A DNA stretch of 64,000 nt from Sulfobacillus sp. (GTDB lineage Bacteria > Bacillota > Sulfobacillia > Sulfobacillales > Sulfobacillaceae). The notes under the pieces were generated by a model. It searched no databases. It saw only the letters and a list, made by a program, of their open reading frames with translations, and was not told the origin of the DNA. Numbering within the stretch: position 1 is the stretch's first letter; every line of letters begins with the position of its first letter. Both the position numbers and the translations under genes were made by a program. The stretch lies in assembly GCA_027309085.1 (NCBI GenBank), contig DAIDDL010000002.1:47063-111062 (forward strand), given 5' to 3'. Positions 1 to 9,335 of the stretch are shown here, piece after piece.

Positions 1-1071
1 GTGACGTCGAAACCCAGTACCAACACCACCTCGGCAATTCCGGTGAATGGCAGTGCGATTAGTCCGTCCAAGTTATTGGCCGAAGCCAAGAAAGAAGGAC
101 ACCTAACCGTCATTGCTCTCCCTCCTAATTGGGCCAATTACGGACAGATCATTAGTACATTCCAGAGCAAGTATGGGATTCCTGTCAACAGCCAGGCTCC
201 TGACGACAGTTCTTCACAAGAGCTGCTAGCCGTCACCACCTACAAAGATACCGAGAGTCTAGAGCCGGACACCGTGGACGTTGGGCCGTCTTTCGCTGCT
301 CAAGGCAAAACTCAGGCATTGTGGGCCCCTTTCAAAAACTCCAATTGGGCTACTATTCCGGATAATCTGAAAGACCCGGAAGGATATTGGACAGGCGACT
401 ACTACGGTGTCGTAGCTTTCGGGGCCAACAGATCGATCGTTAAGAATATGCCTCAGGACTGGTCTGACCTGCTCAAGCCAGAATATCGCAACATGGTTTC
501 CATTGATGGGGACCCGCGTACGGCTCAAGATGCCTTTATGGCCGTATTCGGTGCAGCGTTAGCCAACGGCGGTTCTTTGGACGATATCACGCCTGGTGTG
601 AACTTTTTCCAAGAATTAAAGAAACGCGGAAACTTTATTCCCGTAGACAACTATCCGGCTAACATTTCCAAGGGGACGACGCCAATTGCTTTGAAATGGG
701 ACTATTTGCTTCTCGGATACAAACAGCAATGGGCAGGCAATCCTCCTCTCACGGTGGTGATTCCCAATTCGGGGGTAATTGGCGGATTTTACTGCCAAGC
801 GGTTAGCCGGTATTCCTTCCATCCCTATGCGGCTCGGTTATGGGAAGAATTCCTCTATTCCGATGAAGGACAACTACTGTATTTAGAAGGCTTTGCGCAT
901 CCAGTGCGCTACAATGACTTAGTCAAACGAGGGAAGGTCCCTGCCGCATTGGCCGCCAAACTGCCTCCAGCTTCGTCATACGCCAAAGCGCAGTTCCCGA
1001 CTGTTGCGCAAACCAATAAAGCCGCCGCCATCGTTCAAGCTCAGTGGGGACCCAAAGTAATCGGATCTTAG
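1..1071 (+). CDS. ABC transporter substrate-binding protein, PotD/AfuA-like (polyamine/iron/amine); probably 5'-truncated by the window edge
   Basis: 356-aa ORF with periplasmic-binding-protein type 2 features (PDTVDVG, PQDWSDLLKPEY). It precedes two permeases and an ATPase. No signal peptide or lipobox is visible, so the true start may lie upstream. Confidence 0.8.
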   Translation: MTSKPSTNTTSAIPVNGSAISPSKLLAEAKKEGHLTVIALPPNWANYGQIISTFQSKYGIPVNSQAPDDSSSQELLAVTTYKDTESLEPDTVDVGPSFAAQGKTQALWAPFKNSNWATIPDNLKDPEGYWTGDYYGVVAFGANRSIVKNMPQDWSDLLKPEYRNMVSIDGDPRTAQDAFMAVFGAALANGGSLDDITPGVNFFQELKKRGNFIPVDNYPANISKGTTPIALKWDYLLLGYKQQWAGNPPLTVVIPNSGVIGGFYCQAVSRYSFHPYAARLWEEFLYSDEGQLLYLEGFAHPVRYNDLVKRGKVPAALAAKLPPASSYAKAQFPTVAQTNKAAAIVQAQWGPKVIGS

Positions 1072-1087
1072 CAGAAAGAAGGAAAAC

Positions 1088-1984
1088 TTGTCCATGCCCA
1101 ATGCGCCCACAGCGACAACTGTTTCGCCCATGCGCCGAGCCAACCATATTTGGGCAAACAGCGTATGGTTCTTGCCTCTGGGAATTTTTGCTTTGCTATT
1201 TTTGTTATTACCATCAATCGGCTTATTTATTGGAAGTGTCACCGGCGGACCGCACGGTGTTACGTTGAGTTACTTTGGACAGTTGTTTCAGAACCAATAT
1301 CTTGATGCCTATAAAGTCAGTATCGAATTGAGTGCGACAACCGCCATTGTTGGAGCTGCGGCGGGCGTAGCGTTGGCATGGGCCGTGGTTGGCGGGGGAC
1401 TTCCGGGCTTTCTCCGCCCGTTTTTCCTGACTTTTTCCGGCGTGGCGTCAAACTTTGCAGGCATTCCGCTAGCATTTGCTTTCACAGCCAGCTTAGGGCC
1501 CGTAGGGTTGGTAACCCTCTTTTTAAGCAACCATATTGGGCTAAATCTCTATAAACACGGCTTTAGTCTGTTCGGGTTTACGGGCTTGGCGATTACTTAT
1601 CTATATTTCCAAATACCTTTAATGGTCTTGCTGATGGTGCCAGCACTCGATCACTTGAAACAGTGGGGGGAAGCGGCATCAAATTTAGGCGCCAACTCTT
1701 GGCAGTTCTGGTGGCATATCGGACTGCCCATTCTCCGGCTCCCTTTGCTGGGAGCGACACTCCTGCTCTTTGGCAACAGTTTTGGAGCCTACGCGACGGC
1801 TTATGCTTTGACATCAGGGATGATCAATTTGGTTCCCATTGTCATTGGCCAGGAATTAAGTGGAAACGTAGTGTTCAGTCCAAATCTGGCGGACGCTTTA
1901 GCAGTAGGAATGATTGTGATCATGATCACGGTTTTTGCTGTGTACTTAATTACGAATCGCAATGAAGCCAGGTGGCAACGATGA
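1088..1984 (+). CDS. ABC transporter permease (PotB-like)
   Basis: Multiple hydrophobic TM segments and an EAA loop (WGEAASNLGAN); operon position. Confidence 0.88.
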   Translation: MSMPNAPTATTVSPMRRANHIWANSVWFLPLGIFALLFLLLPSIGLFIGSVTGGPHGVTLSYFGQLFQNQYLDAYKVSIELSATTAIVGAAAGVALAWAVVGGGLPGFLRPFFLTFSGVASNFAGIPLAFAFTASLGPVGLVTLFLSNHIGLNLYKHGFSLFGFTGLAITYLYFQIPLMVLLMVPALDHLKQWGEAASNLGANSWQFWWHIGLPILRLPLLGATLLLFGNSFGAYATAYALTSGMINLVPIVIGQELSGNVVFSPNLADALAVGMIVIMITVFAVYLITNRNEARWQR

Positions 1985-2754
1985 AGGGCTCACGAGTTTG
2001 GTCCCCCATTGTCGGGGTGGTAGCCTTTCTTTATTTCGTTGTCCCCCTCGTGGCAACGGCGGAGTTCAGTGTACAGGAAGGCCCTTCTCACCCGTTTTGG
2101 GCTGCCTATTCCAGCATTCTGTCCTCACCCCAATTCTGGTCAAGCCTCCGTTTGTCACTCTTTATGGCTGTATCTGCGGTGGTTATCGGTCTGGTTATCA
2201 TTGTCCCCGCGACCTATTGGGCCTTCCTTCGGGCACCACGGCTGCAAACATGGGTCGAATTCATTAGTATCATGCCGTTTGTCGTACCACCTATCGTTCT
2301 GGTTCTTGGCTTGGTGCATCTCTACGGGAATGGCTTTGGTCCCCTATCTTCGCGGCCCATCATGCTCATGGCCGCTTATGGGGTCATTTCCATGCCATAT
2401 TTATTTCGGTCGGTCAACAATGGGCTGCGGTCCATGGATGTGCGCTCGCTAACAGAGGCGGCATTGAGTCTCGGCTCGTCCTGGCCCCGTGTTTTATTCC
2501 AAGTAGTATTTCCCAATTTGAGAACAGCCCTCCTGGGCGGCACGTTTTTAGTCTTTGCGTTAATCATGGGTGAATATGCCATGTCCAGTATGCTCGGGTT
2601 GAACACATTTGGCGTGTACATGCTTCTAACGGGAGAAACGCGAGCCCATGCCGCTGCGGCATTGGCCCTAATCAGTCTCGCCTTGGTGTGGTTCCTGGTA
2701 GGGGTGATGCAAGCAGTCAATCGCGGTAATGTGACCATTGGTGGTGCACGCTAG
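1981..2754 (+). CDS. ABC transporter permease (PotC-like)
   Basis: TM segments and EAA loop (LTEAALSLGSS). ATG at 1981 overlaps the upstream stop (ATGA). Confidence 0.88.
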   Translation: MKGSRVWSPIVGVVAFLYFVVPLVATAEFSVQEGPSHPFWAAYSSILSSPQFWSSLRLSLFMAVSAVVIGLVIIVPATYWAFLRAPRLQTWVEFISIMPFVVPPIVLVLGLVHLYGNGFGPLSSRPIMLMAAYGVISMPYLFRSVNNGLRSMDVRSLTEAALSLGSSWPRVLFQVVFPNLRTALLGGTFLVFALIMGEYAMSSMLGLNTFGVYMLLTGETRAHAAAALALISLALVWFLVGVMQAVNRGNVTIGGAR

Positions 2755-2791
2755 GCGCTTAGCGCAATTAATACTGTTGAGGAGATATTCC

Positions 2792-3865
2792 ATGGCCTTT
2801 TTGGATATTAAAGACGTACATCGGCAATTTGGCAATCAGAAGGCGGTGGACGGAGTCACGATCTTCGTGGAACGTGGCGAATTCATCAGCCTGTTAGGAC
2901 CCAGCGGCAGTGGAAAGACGACATTGCTGCGCATCATAGCCGGTTTTGAATACCCTGATTCCGGATCAATTGTGGTAGACGGAGAAGATCTGACCAGAAC
3001 CCCGCCACAGCGCCGGAATATGGGAATGGTCTTTCAATCCTATGCTTTATTTCCCAATATGACCGCCGCCGACAACGTAGCATTTGGGCTGCGTACACGA
3101 CATGTGCCCTCCGCACAGATTGTTCCCCGCGTGGCCGAACTGCTCACATTGGTAGGACTGTCTGAAAAAACCGGACGCTATCCTCATCAATTATCAGGAG
3201 GGGAGCAGCAACGCGTGGCTTTGGCACGGGCTTTAGCCCCAAACCCCCGCGTTTTATTATTGGATGAGCCCCTCTCAGCGTTAGATGCCAAGATTCGCGT
3301 GACCCTCCGGGCTGAAATTCGTCGCATCCAGCGAACATTGGGCATCACCACCTTGTATGTAACTCACGATCAGGAAGAAGCTCTAGCCATGTCCGACCGC
3401 GTGGTGGTCTTTAATCAAGGTCGCGCTGTCCAAATTGGCCACCCCGAAGATATTTATGATCGTCCAGCTAATGCCTTTGTTTCTAGCTTCGTCGGCAGCA
3501 CTAACCGTCTTCACGTTCAAGTAATTGATGCGGCCAGCGGAACCTGCGCCATTGCAGGGCAAACCCTTCACGTGGACGAGCTGCCAGCCGGCGTTGCTGA
3601 AGGAACGCTCGTGGATTTATGGCTGAGACCCGAACGCATACACGTGGTTGACCCCGATGCGCCTGCTGGATCCAATCGCCTTCAAGGAATTGTGGAAGAC
3701 ACCATGTTCTTGGGTGCCAGTTCGGGTGTACGCCTAAGCATTGGAGACCAATCCGTCATGGTCGACGTCCCTCGGGATTCTAACCGACCCACACCGGTTA
3801 TCGGGGGGGCCATCTCCATTGATTTTTCCTCGGCCGTCACCGCTACCATGGGCGACCCGCTTTAA
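2792..3865 (+). CDS. ABC transporter ATP-binding protein (PotA-like, C-terminal TOBE domain)
   Basis: Walker A GPSGSGKT, signature LSGGEQQR, Walker B LLLDEP; RBS GAGGAG before ATG 2792. Confidence 0.93.
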   Translation: MAFLDIKDVHRQFGNQKAVDGVTIFVERGEFISLLGPSGSGKTTLLRIIAGFEYPDSGSIVVDGEDLTRTPPQRRNMGMVFQSYALFPNMTAADNVAFGLRTRHVPSAQIVPRVAELLTLVGLSEKTGRYPHQLSGGEQQRVALARALAPNPRVLLLDEPLSALDAKIRVTLRAEIRRIQRTLGITTLYVTHDQEEALAMSDRVVVFNQGRAVQIGHPEDIYDRPANAFVSSFVGSTNRLHVQVIDAASGTCAIAGQTLHVDELPAGVAEGTLVDLWLRPERIHVVDPDAPAGSNRLQGIVEDTMFLGASSGVRLSIGDQSVMVDVPRDSNRPTPVIGGAISIDFSSAVTATMGDPL

Positions 3866-3869
3866 CATC

Positions 3870-4095
3870 CCACGATGATTATACGGGCAAGAGGCAAACG
3901 GCTGTCAACGCTGGGCTCTTGGGGCATATATGGGAGACTAGTGTCCACTGAACCCGTGGGTACCAGTCTCCGCTCTGGGTGGAATCAAGACATATCATGG
4001 ATCAGTGCATAAGCAAGCCGCATCCCTGTGTTCAGAGCCCCAGATGGAAAACACGCTTACACGGGTCATGTGGCTTACACCGGAGGATTCAATAA
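3870..4095 (+). mobile_element. Orphan IS110-family left non-coding end (bridge-RNA-like region) without recombinase gene
   Basis: Stem-loop at 3933-3971. It is followed by an internal-loop module: outer stem TCTGGG 3974-3979 / CCCAGA 4039-4044, inner stem GGAT/ATCC, left strand AAGACATATCAT. The segment GACATATCATGGATCAGT...ATCCCTGTGTTCAGAGCC resembles, from memory, the IS621 donor-binding loop. The region ends with RBS GGAGGA (4082-4087) but no ATG follows. Left boundary approximate. Confidence 0.6.
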
Positions 4096-4121
4096 TCCCG
4101 CCTAGCCACAACTAGGCGGGA
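4096..4121 (-). terminator. Intrinsic terminator downstream of sdaAB
   Basis: 10-bp perfect stem TCCCGCCTAG/CTAGGCGGGA followed by TTATT on the minus strand. Confidence 0.7.
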
Positions 4122-4164
4122 CATAAGGCACGGTTGGCAACCGTCTAGGCGTGCAGTGTTGCTG

Positions 4165-4857
4165 CTACACTGGTTTAATCCAACGTATTTTCTGAACCGC
4201 TTGGTGGACGCCATCCAAGGCGTCCAATAGCTCTACCGTGCAGGCTCCATCAAATTCAATAGCCACGAGAGCGTCTCCATCCTTCCGGGACCGCTCCAAG
4301 GACAGCTGGCCCACGTTCACACCCACGTTAGCGACAGCCGCAAGCACGGCGGCCAGAAACCCAGCCCGATCCTTGTGCCACAAAACCACTGCCGGACGGT
4401 CTCCAGAGAGATGCACAGGAAATGCATCTATCTCAATTAACTCGATTTTGCCGCCTCCCAAGGAGGTTCCGACAATATCAACATCATCCACGCCATCCGT
4501 CAGCTTAATGCGTACAGTATTAGGATGATACAGCGCTCCAGAGACTTTTGTAAATACCACGGATATCCCTAACGCCTTCGCCATATCCAGTGCCCGGGGG
4601 ATACGGGAATCATCTGTGGCAAATCCCAAAATACCTGCCGTGAGTGCCTGGTCAGTGCCGTGGCCCCGGTAGGTTTCGGCAAAGGAGCCCATCAACTCAA
4701 AGACCACCGCCGTAGGATCTTGACCCAGCAGCTTTCTAGCCATACGGGCAATACGCAGTGCACCGGCAGTGTGAGAACTGGACGGCCCGACCATGACCGG
4801 TCCGATAATATCGAATGCGCTGTGGTATTTTACTGGGCGAGGCATGTTGGGTCTCAT
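4165..4857 (-). CDS. sdaAB: L-serine dehydratase, Fe-S dependent, beta subunit (ACT domain)
   Basis: SAFDIIGPVMVGPSSSHTAGA and GSFAETYRGHGTD motifs, C-terminal ACT domain; ATGA overlap with sdaAA. Confidence 0.95.
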   Translation of the reverse strand: MRPNMPRPVKYHSAFDIIGPVMVGPSSSHTAGALRIARMARKLLGQDPTAVVFELMGSFAETYRGHGTDQALTAGILGFATDDSRIPRALDMAKALGISVVFTKVSGALYHPNTVRIKLTDGVDDVDIVGTSLGGGKIELIEIDAFPVHLSGDRPAVVLWHKDRAGFLAAVLAAVANVGVNVGQLSLERSRKDGDALVAIEFDGACTVELLDALDGVHQAVQKIRWIKPV

Positions 4858-5741
4858 TGCTCGACACCACCCAGGATTTCCCGTCTGAGCCGCCGACCCG
4901 TGGGAGTCCCCGCAAGTCCCCCTATGCCAGTTTCCCGAAGCGACGCTGGCATAGCATTGCCAATGTCATACATAGCCCCAACCACTTCATCCGCCGGAAT
5001 AATATTGTGAACACCGGCCATGGCGCATTCGGCAGCAGCGAGCGCTGTAATCGCATGCAGTCCGTTGCGGTAGATGCAAGGGACCTCAACTAAGCCCGCC
5101 ACCGGATCACAAACCAGTCCTAGGGAGTTTGTTAACGCTAGGCCAACGGCATCCACTGCCTCTTGGGGAGTTCCACCGCACAGCTCAACAACAGCGGCGG
5201 CGGTCATCGCTGTCGCTGATCCCACTTCGGCCTGACACCCTCCAGCCGCTCCAGAAATGGAACTGGAGTTGGCAATGGCCAACCCTATGGCCGCGGCGGT
5301 TAGCAATGACTGGTTGATAGCGGCACGGGAATACTGCCCAGTATCCAACAGCGCTACCAACACGCCGGGCAGGATGCCCGCAGCGCCAGCGGTCGGAGTG
5401 GCCACAATTATTCCCATTGAGGCATTCACTTCGGACACGGCCATTGCAAAAGCCATGGCTGATGTGGCCACAGCACCAACCAAACTCGAGCCGTTTTTTT
5501 GAAATCTCGACCACAAGCGCTGGGCATCCCCGCCAATGAGTCCTCCGCGGGAAGGCAAGACTTCGGAAATTCCCCGGCGCACAGCTGCCTCCATGACAGT
5601 AAACTGGTGTGCCATGCGCTCCTGGATGTCCTCTGCCCGGCATCCTTGTTCTTCTACTTCTACGGCAAGCATCACGTCAGAAATTTTTAGTTGACGGCCC
5701 TCGGCCAACACCACTAGTTCCGTCAATTGAGTGAACGACAT
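4854..5741 (-). CDS. sdaAA: L-serine dehydratase, Fe-S dependent, alpha subunit
   Basis: IVATPTAGAAGILPG, GGCQAEVGSA and GLVCDPVAGLVEVPC motifs; RBS GAGGAGG before ATG 5741. Confidence 0.95.
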   Translation of the reverse strand: MSFTQLTELVVLAEGRQLKISDVMLAVEVEEQGCRAEDIQERMAHQFTVMEAAVRRGISEVLPSRGGLIGGDAQRLWSRFQKNGSSLVGAVATSAMAFAMAVSEVNASMGIIVATPTAGAAGILPGVLVALLDTGQYSRAAINQSLLTAAAIGLAIANSSSISGAAGGCQAEVGSATAMTAAAVVELCGGTPQEAVDAVGLALTNSLGLVCDPVAGLVEVPCIYRNGLHAITALAAAECAMAGVHNIIPADEVVGAMYDIGNAMPASLRETGIGGLAGTPTGRRLRREILGGVEQ

Positions 5742-5809
5742 AAGACAAACACCTCCTCTATATCGACTTGATAATGAAAGATGTCGAGGATTCTTTTCTG
5801 ACATGTTTA

Positions 5810-6004
5810 CTCTGTCCCTGAGCCTGAGAGTTTTGATGCCCTATGGCATCGTTCCCCGTCGGCGACCCAACCAGTGCGGTGCTTTCCAGAGGTGCGTCAC
5901 AAGACCGTCCTTGTACCTGAGAGATTCCTTTCCATGTGTCAGCGTTGAAAAGTTGCTCCTTCGGTTTCTCCTTATGAAATCGCTCTCCGATCTTGGTCAT
6001 CCGT
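5810..6004 (-). ncRNA. Tandem glycine riboswitch in the sdaAA leader
   Basis: The minus strand carries the leader GGATGA kink-turn. Aptamer 1: GGAGAG..ACCGAAGGAGCAA..CTCTCAGGT..AAGGAC. Aptamer 2: CTCTGGAAAG..CGCCGACGGGGAA..CTCTCAGGC..GGGACAGAG. Confidence 0.92.
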
Positions 6005-6116
6005 CGTAAGATCCTATTCAGGAAACCTTTACATCGTTAAAATGACTATGACAACTCGCCCGGCTTCGCGGACCTCCTCGCAAATCATGGACGAAGACGG
6101 GGAATGCTTATAGAAG

Positions 6117-6872
6117 TTAGTCTAACGATGTCATTTTCAAACCGCCGTTAATCAGAGCGACTAAGGTATGATTCTTTATTCGGCTCCAGTTGTTGGGGAT
6201 GTTCCACTCAGACGATGCCACAACCGTTAGGTCATTGGCCTGACGGAAGTACAGATCGTAATATCCGGGGCTATCCAAATTAAGTGGGGAATCCTCTTGA
6301 TAATCCGCAATGACAAATAATCCATCTGACTGGAGAATCATTGCATTCAAGCTGCTGTAATCCAGCTCCAGATTATTATTTTTCAAGGTCCTGACCGTAA
6401 TACCGGCTGCGGTTATAGAGTCTTGGCACATCGAATAATTTTGCACCCAAAGCCAAAAATAATTTTCGCTGTCCGTACTGCCCTTGACCCGCGCTAGACT
6501 TTCTCTGGTTAAAAGGAGTGCCAACTTATCGACGGGGCCTATTGCGCCATTGTGGGCGAACGAAACTTGTTCTTCTTCCCAGACAAAAGGGTGCGTGTTA
6601 GCCTCGCTCACATCCAGTCCTGGCGTAGCCCACCGAAAATGCAAGATGCCCGCCAGCGCCGGTATCTCGCTCACAGCATAAGCGAACGCATCAGACTGCC
6701 ATGCGGGCCCCGCTTCCTTCATGGAATGCAGTTGGTCAGCGTCATCCACCCAAGAAATTCCCCACCCATCGCTGTGCTGCTTGGATAAACCAGCAAAACT
6801 CTCCCATCGGTCTGCCAACAAGGAAGAGAACGTCCTCGGTGACGGCGACTGGAACGCTAACATTCTACACAA
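6117..6872 (-). CDS. Class II glutamine amidotransferase / Ntn-hydrolase (EgtC/YafJ-like)
   Basis: N-terminal MCRM (Cys2 nucleophile), HSDGWG, HFRWAT, NTHPF, FAHNG, GSTDSE; TTG start with AGGAGG RBS. Confidence 0.9.
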   Translation of the reverse strand: MCRMLAFQSPSPRTFSSLLADRWESFAGLSKQHSDGWGISWVDDADQLHSMKEAGPAWQSDAFAYAVSEIPALAGILHFRWATPGLDVSEANTHPFVWEEEQVSFAHNGAIGPVDKLALLLTRESLARVKGSTDSENYFWLWVQNYSMCQDSITAAGITVRTLKNNNLELDYSSLNAMILQSDGLFVIADYQEDSPLNLDSPGYYDLYFRQANDLTVVASSEWNIPNNWSRIKNHTLVALINGGLKMTSLD

Positions 6873-6908
6873 TCACGTCGCCTCCTTAGGCCCGTCACGC
6901 ACAAAGTA

Positions 6909-6942
6909 TTCTAGACCCCCGGATTCATCCGGGGGTCTAGAA
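6909..6942. terminator. 15-bp perfect inverted repeat between SDR and amidotransferase (terminator or RNA-stabilising hairpin)
   Basis: TTCTAGACCCCCGGA-TTCA-TCCGGGGGTCTAGAA; no clear U-tract. Confidence 0.55.
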
Positions 6943-6949
6943 CCAGGAA

Positions 6950-7720
6950 TTAAAAATAGAACGACGTTAACCCTCCATCAATATTTAGCTCGGCTCCCGT
7001 CATCCACGCAGATTCCGTTGAAGCTAAATAGACCGCTAAGTGCCCAATATCTTCCGGAACGCCAAAGCGCCCCATAGGGATGCGAGCCAGCCGCAACGCC
7101 TTGGCAGCAGGATCTGTAAGAAGCCATTCCATTAGCAGCGGCGTTTCAATTGGCCCCGGGCAAATGGCATTGGCCCTGACACCTTTCGGACCAAACTGCG
7201 CAGCGAGTGACTTTGTCAAGGCAATTACTCCACCTTTGCTGGCCGTGTATGAATCTTGCGGCACTGTGCATCCCACTAGTGCGACAAACGAAGCAATGTT
7301 TATAACCGAACCGCCGCCAGCCGCGATCAACTCTGGGATTCCGTGTTTGCATACAATGAAGGTTCCCTTTAGATTCACAGCTTGCACCCGGTCCCATATC
7401 TCAACATCCGTGTCAATGACGGAGTGGTCCGCTTCAGGCATAATGCCAGCGTTGTTGTACAGGACGGTCAATTTGCCAAATTCTTGCACCGTAGATGCCA
7501 CCGCCGCTTTTACTGCGTCTTCCTGGGTGATGTCACAGACAATCGTCTTGATATGGCTTCCTTTCTCTTGCGCAAGATCCTTGGTTAAGCGTAGACCCTC
7601 TTCCAGCATATCCAATGCCGCCACATAGGCACCTTCTTGCGCAAACATCTTGGCGACGACTTGCCCCATTCCACTGCCTGCACCTGTAACTAACGCAACT
7701 TGTCCTTTTAATCGATCCAT
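6950..7720 (-). CDS. Short-chain dehydrogenase/reductase (SDR)
   Basis: TGAGSGMG cofactor motif, NNAG, YTASK catalytic motif, CPGPIETP. Confidence 0.93.
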   Translation of the reverse strand: MDRLKGQVALVTGAGSGMGQVVAKMFAQEGAYVAALDMLEEGLRLTKDLAQEKGSHIKTIVCDITQEDAVKAAVASTVQEFGKLTVLYNNAGIMPEADHSVIDTDVEIWDRVQAVNLKGTFIVCKHGIPELIAAGGGSVINIASFVALVGCTVPQDSYTASKGGVIALTKSLAAQFGPKGVRANAICPGPIETPLLMEWLLTDPAAKALRLARIPMGRFGVPEDIGHLAVYLASTESAWMTGAELNIDGGLTSFYF

Positions 7721-7742
7721 TGTGATTCTCCCCCTCGTCTCG

Positions 7743-9125
7743 TTAGATGCGTTCGAAATATCGCTCACGTTCCCATGAAGTGACTATGCCTTGGTAAGCT
7801 TCATATTCGATTCGTGCCGCGTTCAGATAGTGCGCCACGACCACTTCACTAAAACTTTCTTTAATGGCCGGACTTCCCTCAAATAAGCGTATAGCTTCTC
7901 CGAGACGGTTCGGCACTCGCGGCAGATGGGGATCCGCATAGGCATTGCCGTGGTACTCTGGCGGGCAATCAAGCTGATGCTCGATGCCCCAAAGGCCTGC
8001 AGCCAACATACCTGCCAGTGTGATATACGGATTTGCGTCCGCTCCCGGAAGACGATTTTCGATATGTAAGCCGCCTCCCTCCCCTACCACCCGCAGTCCA
8101 CAGGTGCGGTTATCATAGGCCCAGGCAATATTGACAGGGGCCCAACTGGCTGCGGCGTAACGTTTATATGAATTGACTGTCGGTGCATACAGCAAGGTGA
8201 ACTCCTGAGCTAGAGCTAGTTGTCCAGCCAGAAAATATTGCCCCAAAGGATTCATAGAGGTTGCAGACGAAGTATCTGAGAAAACGTTGCGCCCTGTTTC
8301 CTGGTCGATTAAGCTCATATGGACATGGCAGCTGGAACCGGTTAATTTGTGATCCGGTTTAGCCATAAACGTCACAGCTAGCTCATTCTGCAAAGCAATC
8401 TCCTTCAGTCCATGCTTGTACAGCGCGTGGTTATCCGCGGTCTCCAAGGCCGGACCATGGTCCATGTTAATCTCGTACTGGCCTGGCCCAGCTTCGCCCT
8501 TTGCCGAAATCACGGGAACTCCCGCCTCTCGCATTTGTTTCCGGACCTGACGGTAAAACGGCTCAGCTTTGGTGCTTTGTAAAAAATGATAGTCTTCCAG
8601 GTACCACCCATAAGTTTCTAAGTTCTGGTACCCCTTCTGGTGAGCTGTTTCGTAGGTTTCCCGCCAAAGATAGAACTCTAACTCGGTCGCCATCACCGGT
8701 TCAAATCCCATTTTCCGAGCTCTGTCGATTTGGGCCTGCAGCACCTGCCGGGGCGAGACCATGACTGGCTCACCTTCATGGTCGAAGACATCGCAGAGCA
8801 CCAGAGCTGATCCGGGAAGCCACGGAATGGCTCTCAGGGTAGCGAAGTCAGGACGGGCCACCCAGTCTCCATACCCTTCCTCCCACCCCATCAGTGCATA
8901 GCCAGGAGGTGTAGTCATTTCAATATCGGTCCCGAGCAGATATTTGCAAAAGTGCATGCCCGTTGCCATAACATTCGATAGAAAATAATCTGCAGGGATG
9001 CGCTTGCCAACTATCCTTCCCTGTAAGTCGACAATGCCAACTATCATTGTATCAATTTCCCCACGTGATGTTCGCTGCTTCAAATCATCTAAGGACATGA
9101 TGCCGTCTCTGTGCCCATTAGTCAC
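7743..9125 (-). CDS. Glutamine-synthetase-like gamma-glutamyl ligase (GlnA4/PuuA type)
   Basis: GS fold motifs ELEF, EAGPGQYEIN, FMAKP, GSSCHVHMS, NSYKR, DNRT, IENRLPGADANPY. The N-terminus (GEIDT..VDLQGR..GKR..GYGD..PD..TLR.IPW) is typical of GlnA4-like ligases rather than GlnA. Confidence 0.9.
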   Translation of the reverse strand: MTNGHRDGIMSLDDLKQRTSRGEIDTMIVGIVDLQGRIVGKRIPADYFLSNVMATGMHFCKYLLGTDIEMTTPPGYALMGWEEGYGDWVARPDFATLRAIPWLPGSALVLCDVFDHEGEPVMVSPRQVLQAQIDRARKMGFEPVMATELEFYLWRETYETAHQKGYQNLETYGWYLEDYHFLQSTKAEPFYRQVRKQMREAGVPVISAKGEAGPGQYEINMDHGPALETADNHALYKHGLKEIALQNELAVTFMAKPDHKLTGSSCHVHMSLIDQETGRNVFSDTSSATSMNPLGQYFLAGQLALAQEFTLLYAPTVNSYKRYAAASWAPVNIAWAYDNRTCGLRVVGEGGGLHIENRLPGADANPYITLAGMLAAGLWGIEHQLDCPPEYHGNAYADPHLPRVPNRLGEAIRLFEGSPAIKESFSEVVVAHYLNAARIEYEAYQGIVTSWERERYFERI

Positions 9126-9335
9126 ATTAGTCCCTCCAATTTCGTGGGTCTCAATCCGCCCAGTTACTTACGGTCACTTGTTCCATTTCCACTCAAAGAA
9201 CAAGCTAGCGGCCCTTTCCCTGCACCGTTCCCCTGGGTAAAGCAATGCCTCGAATTAGTACTCACTGGCGAGAATCCCTCGGAAGCAATTCATGCAACAA
9301 CATTGTTTCCGGGATATTTCTCGAAAATATGGTGG

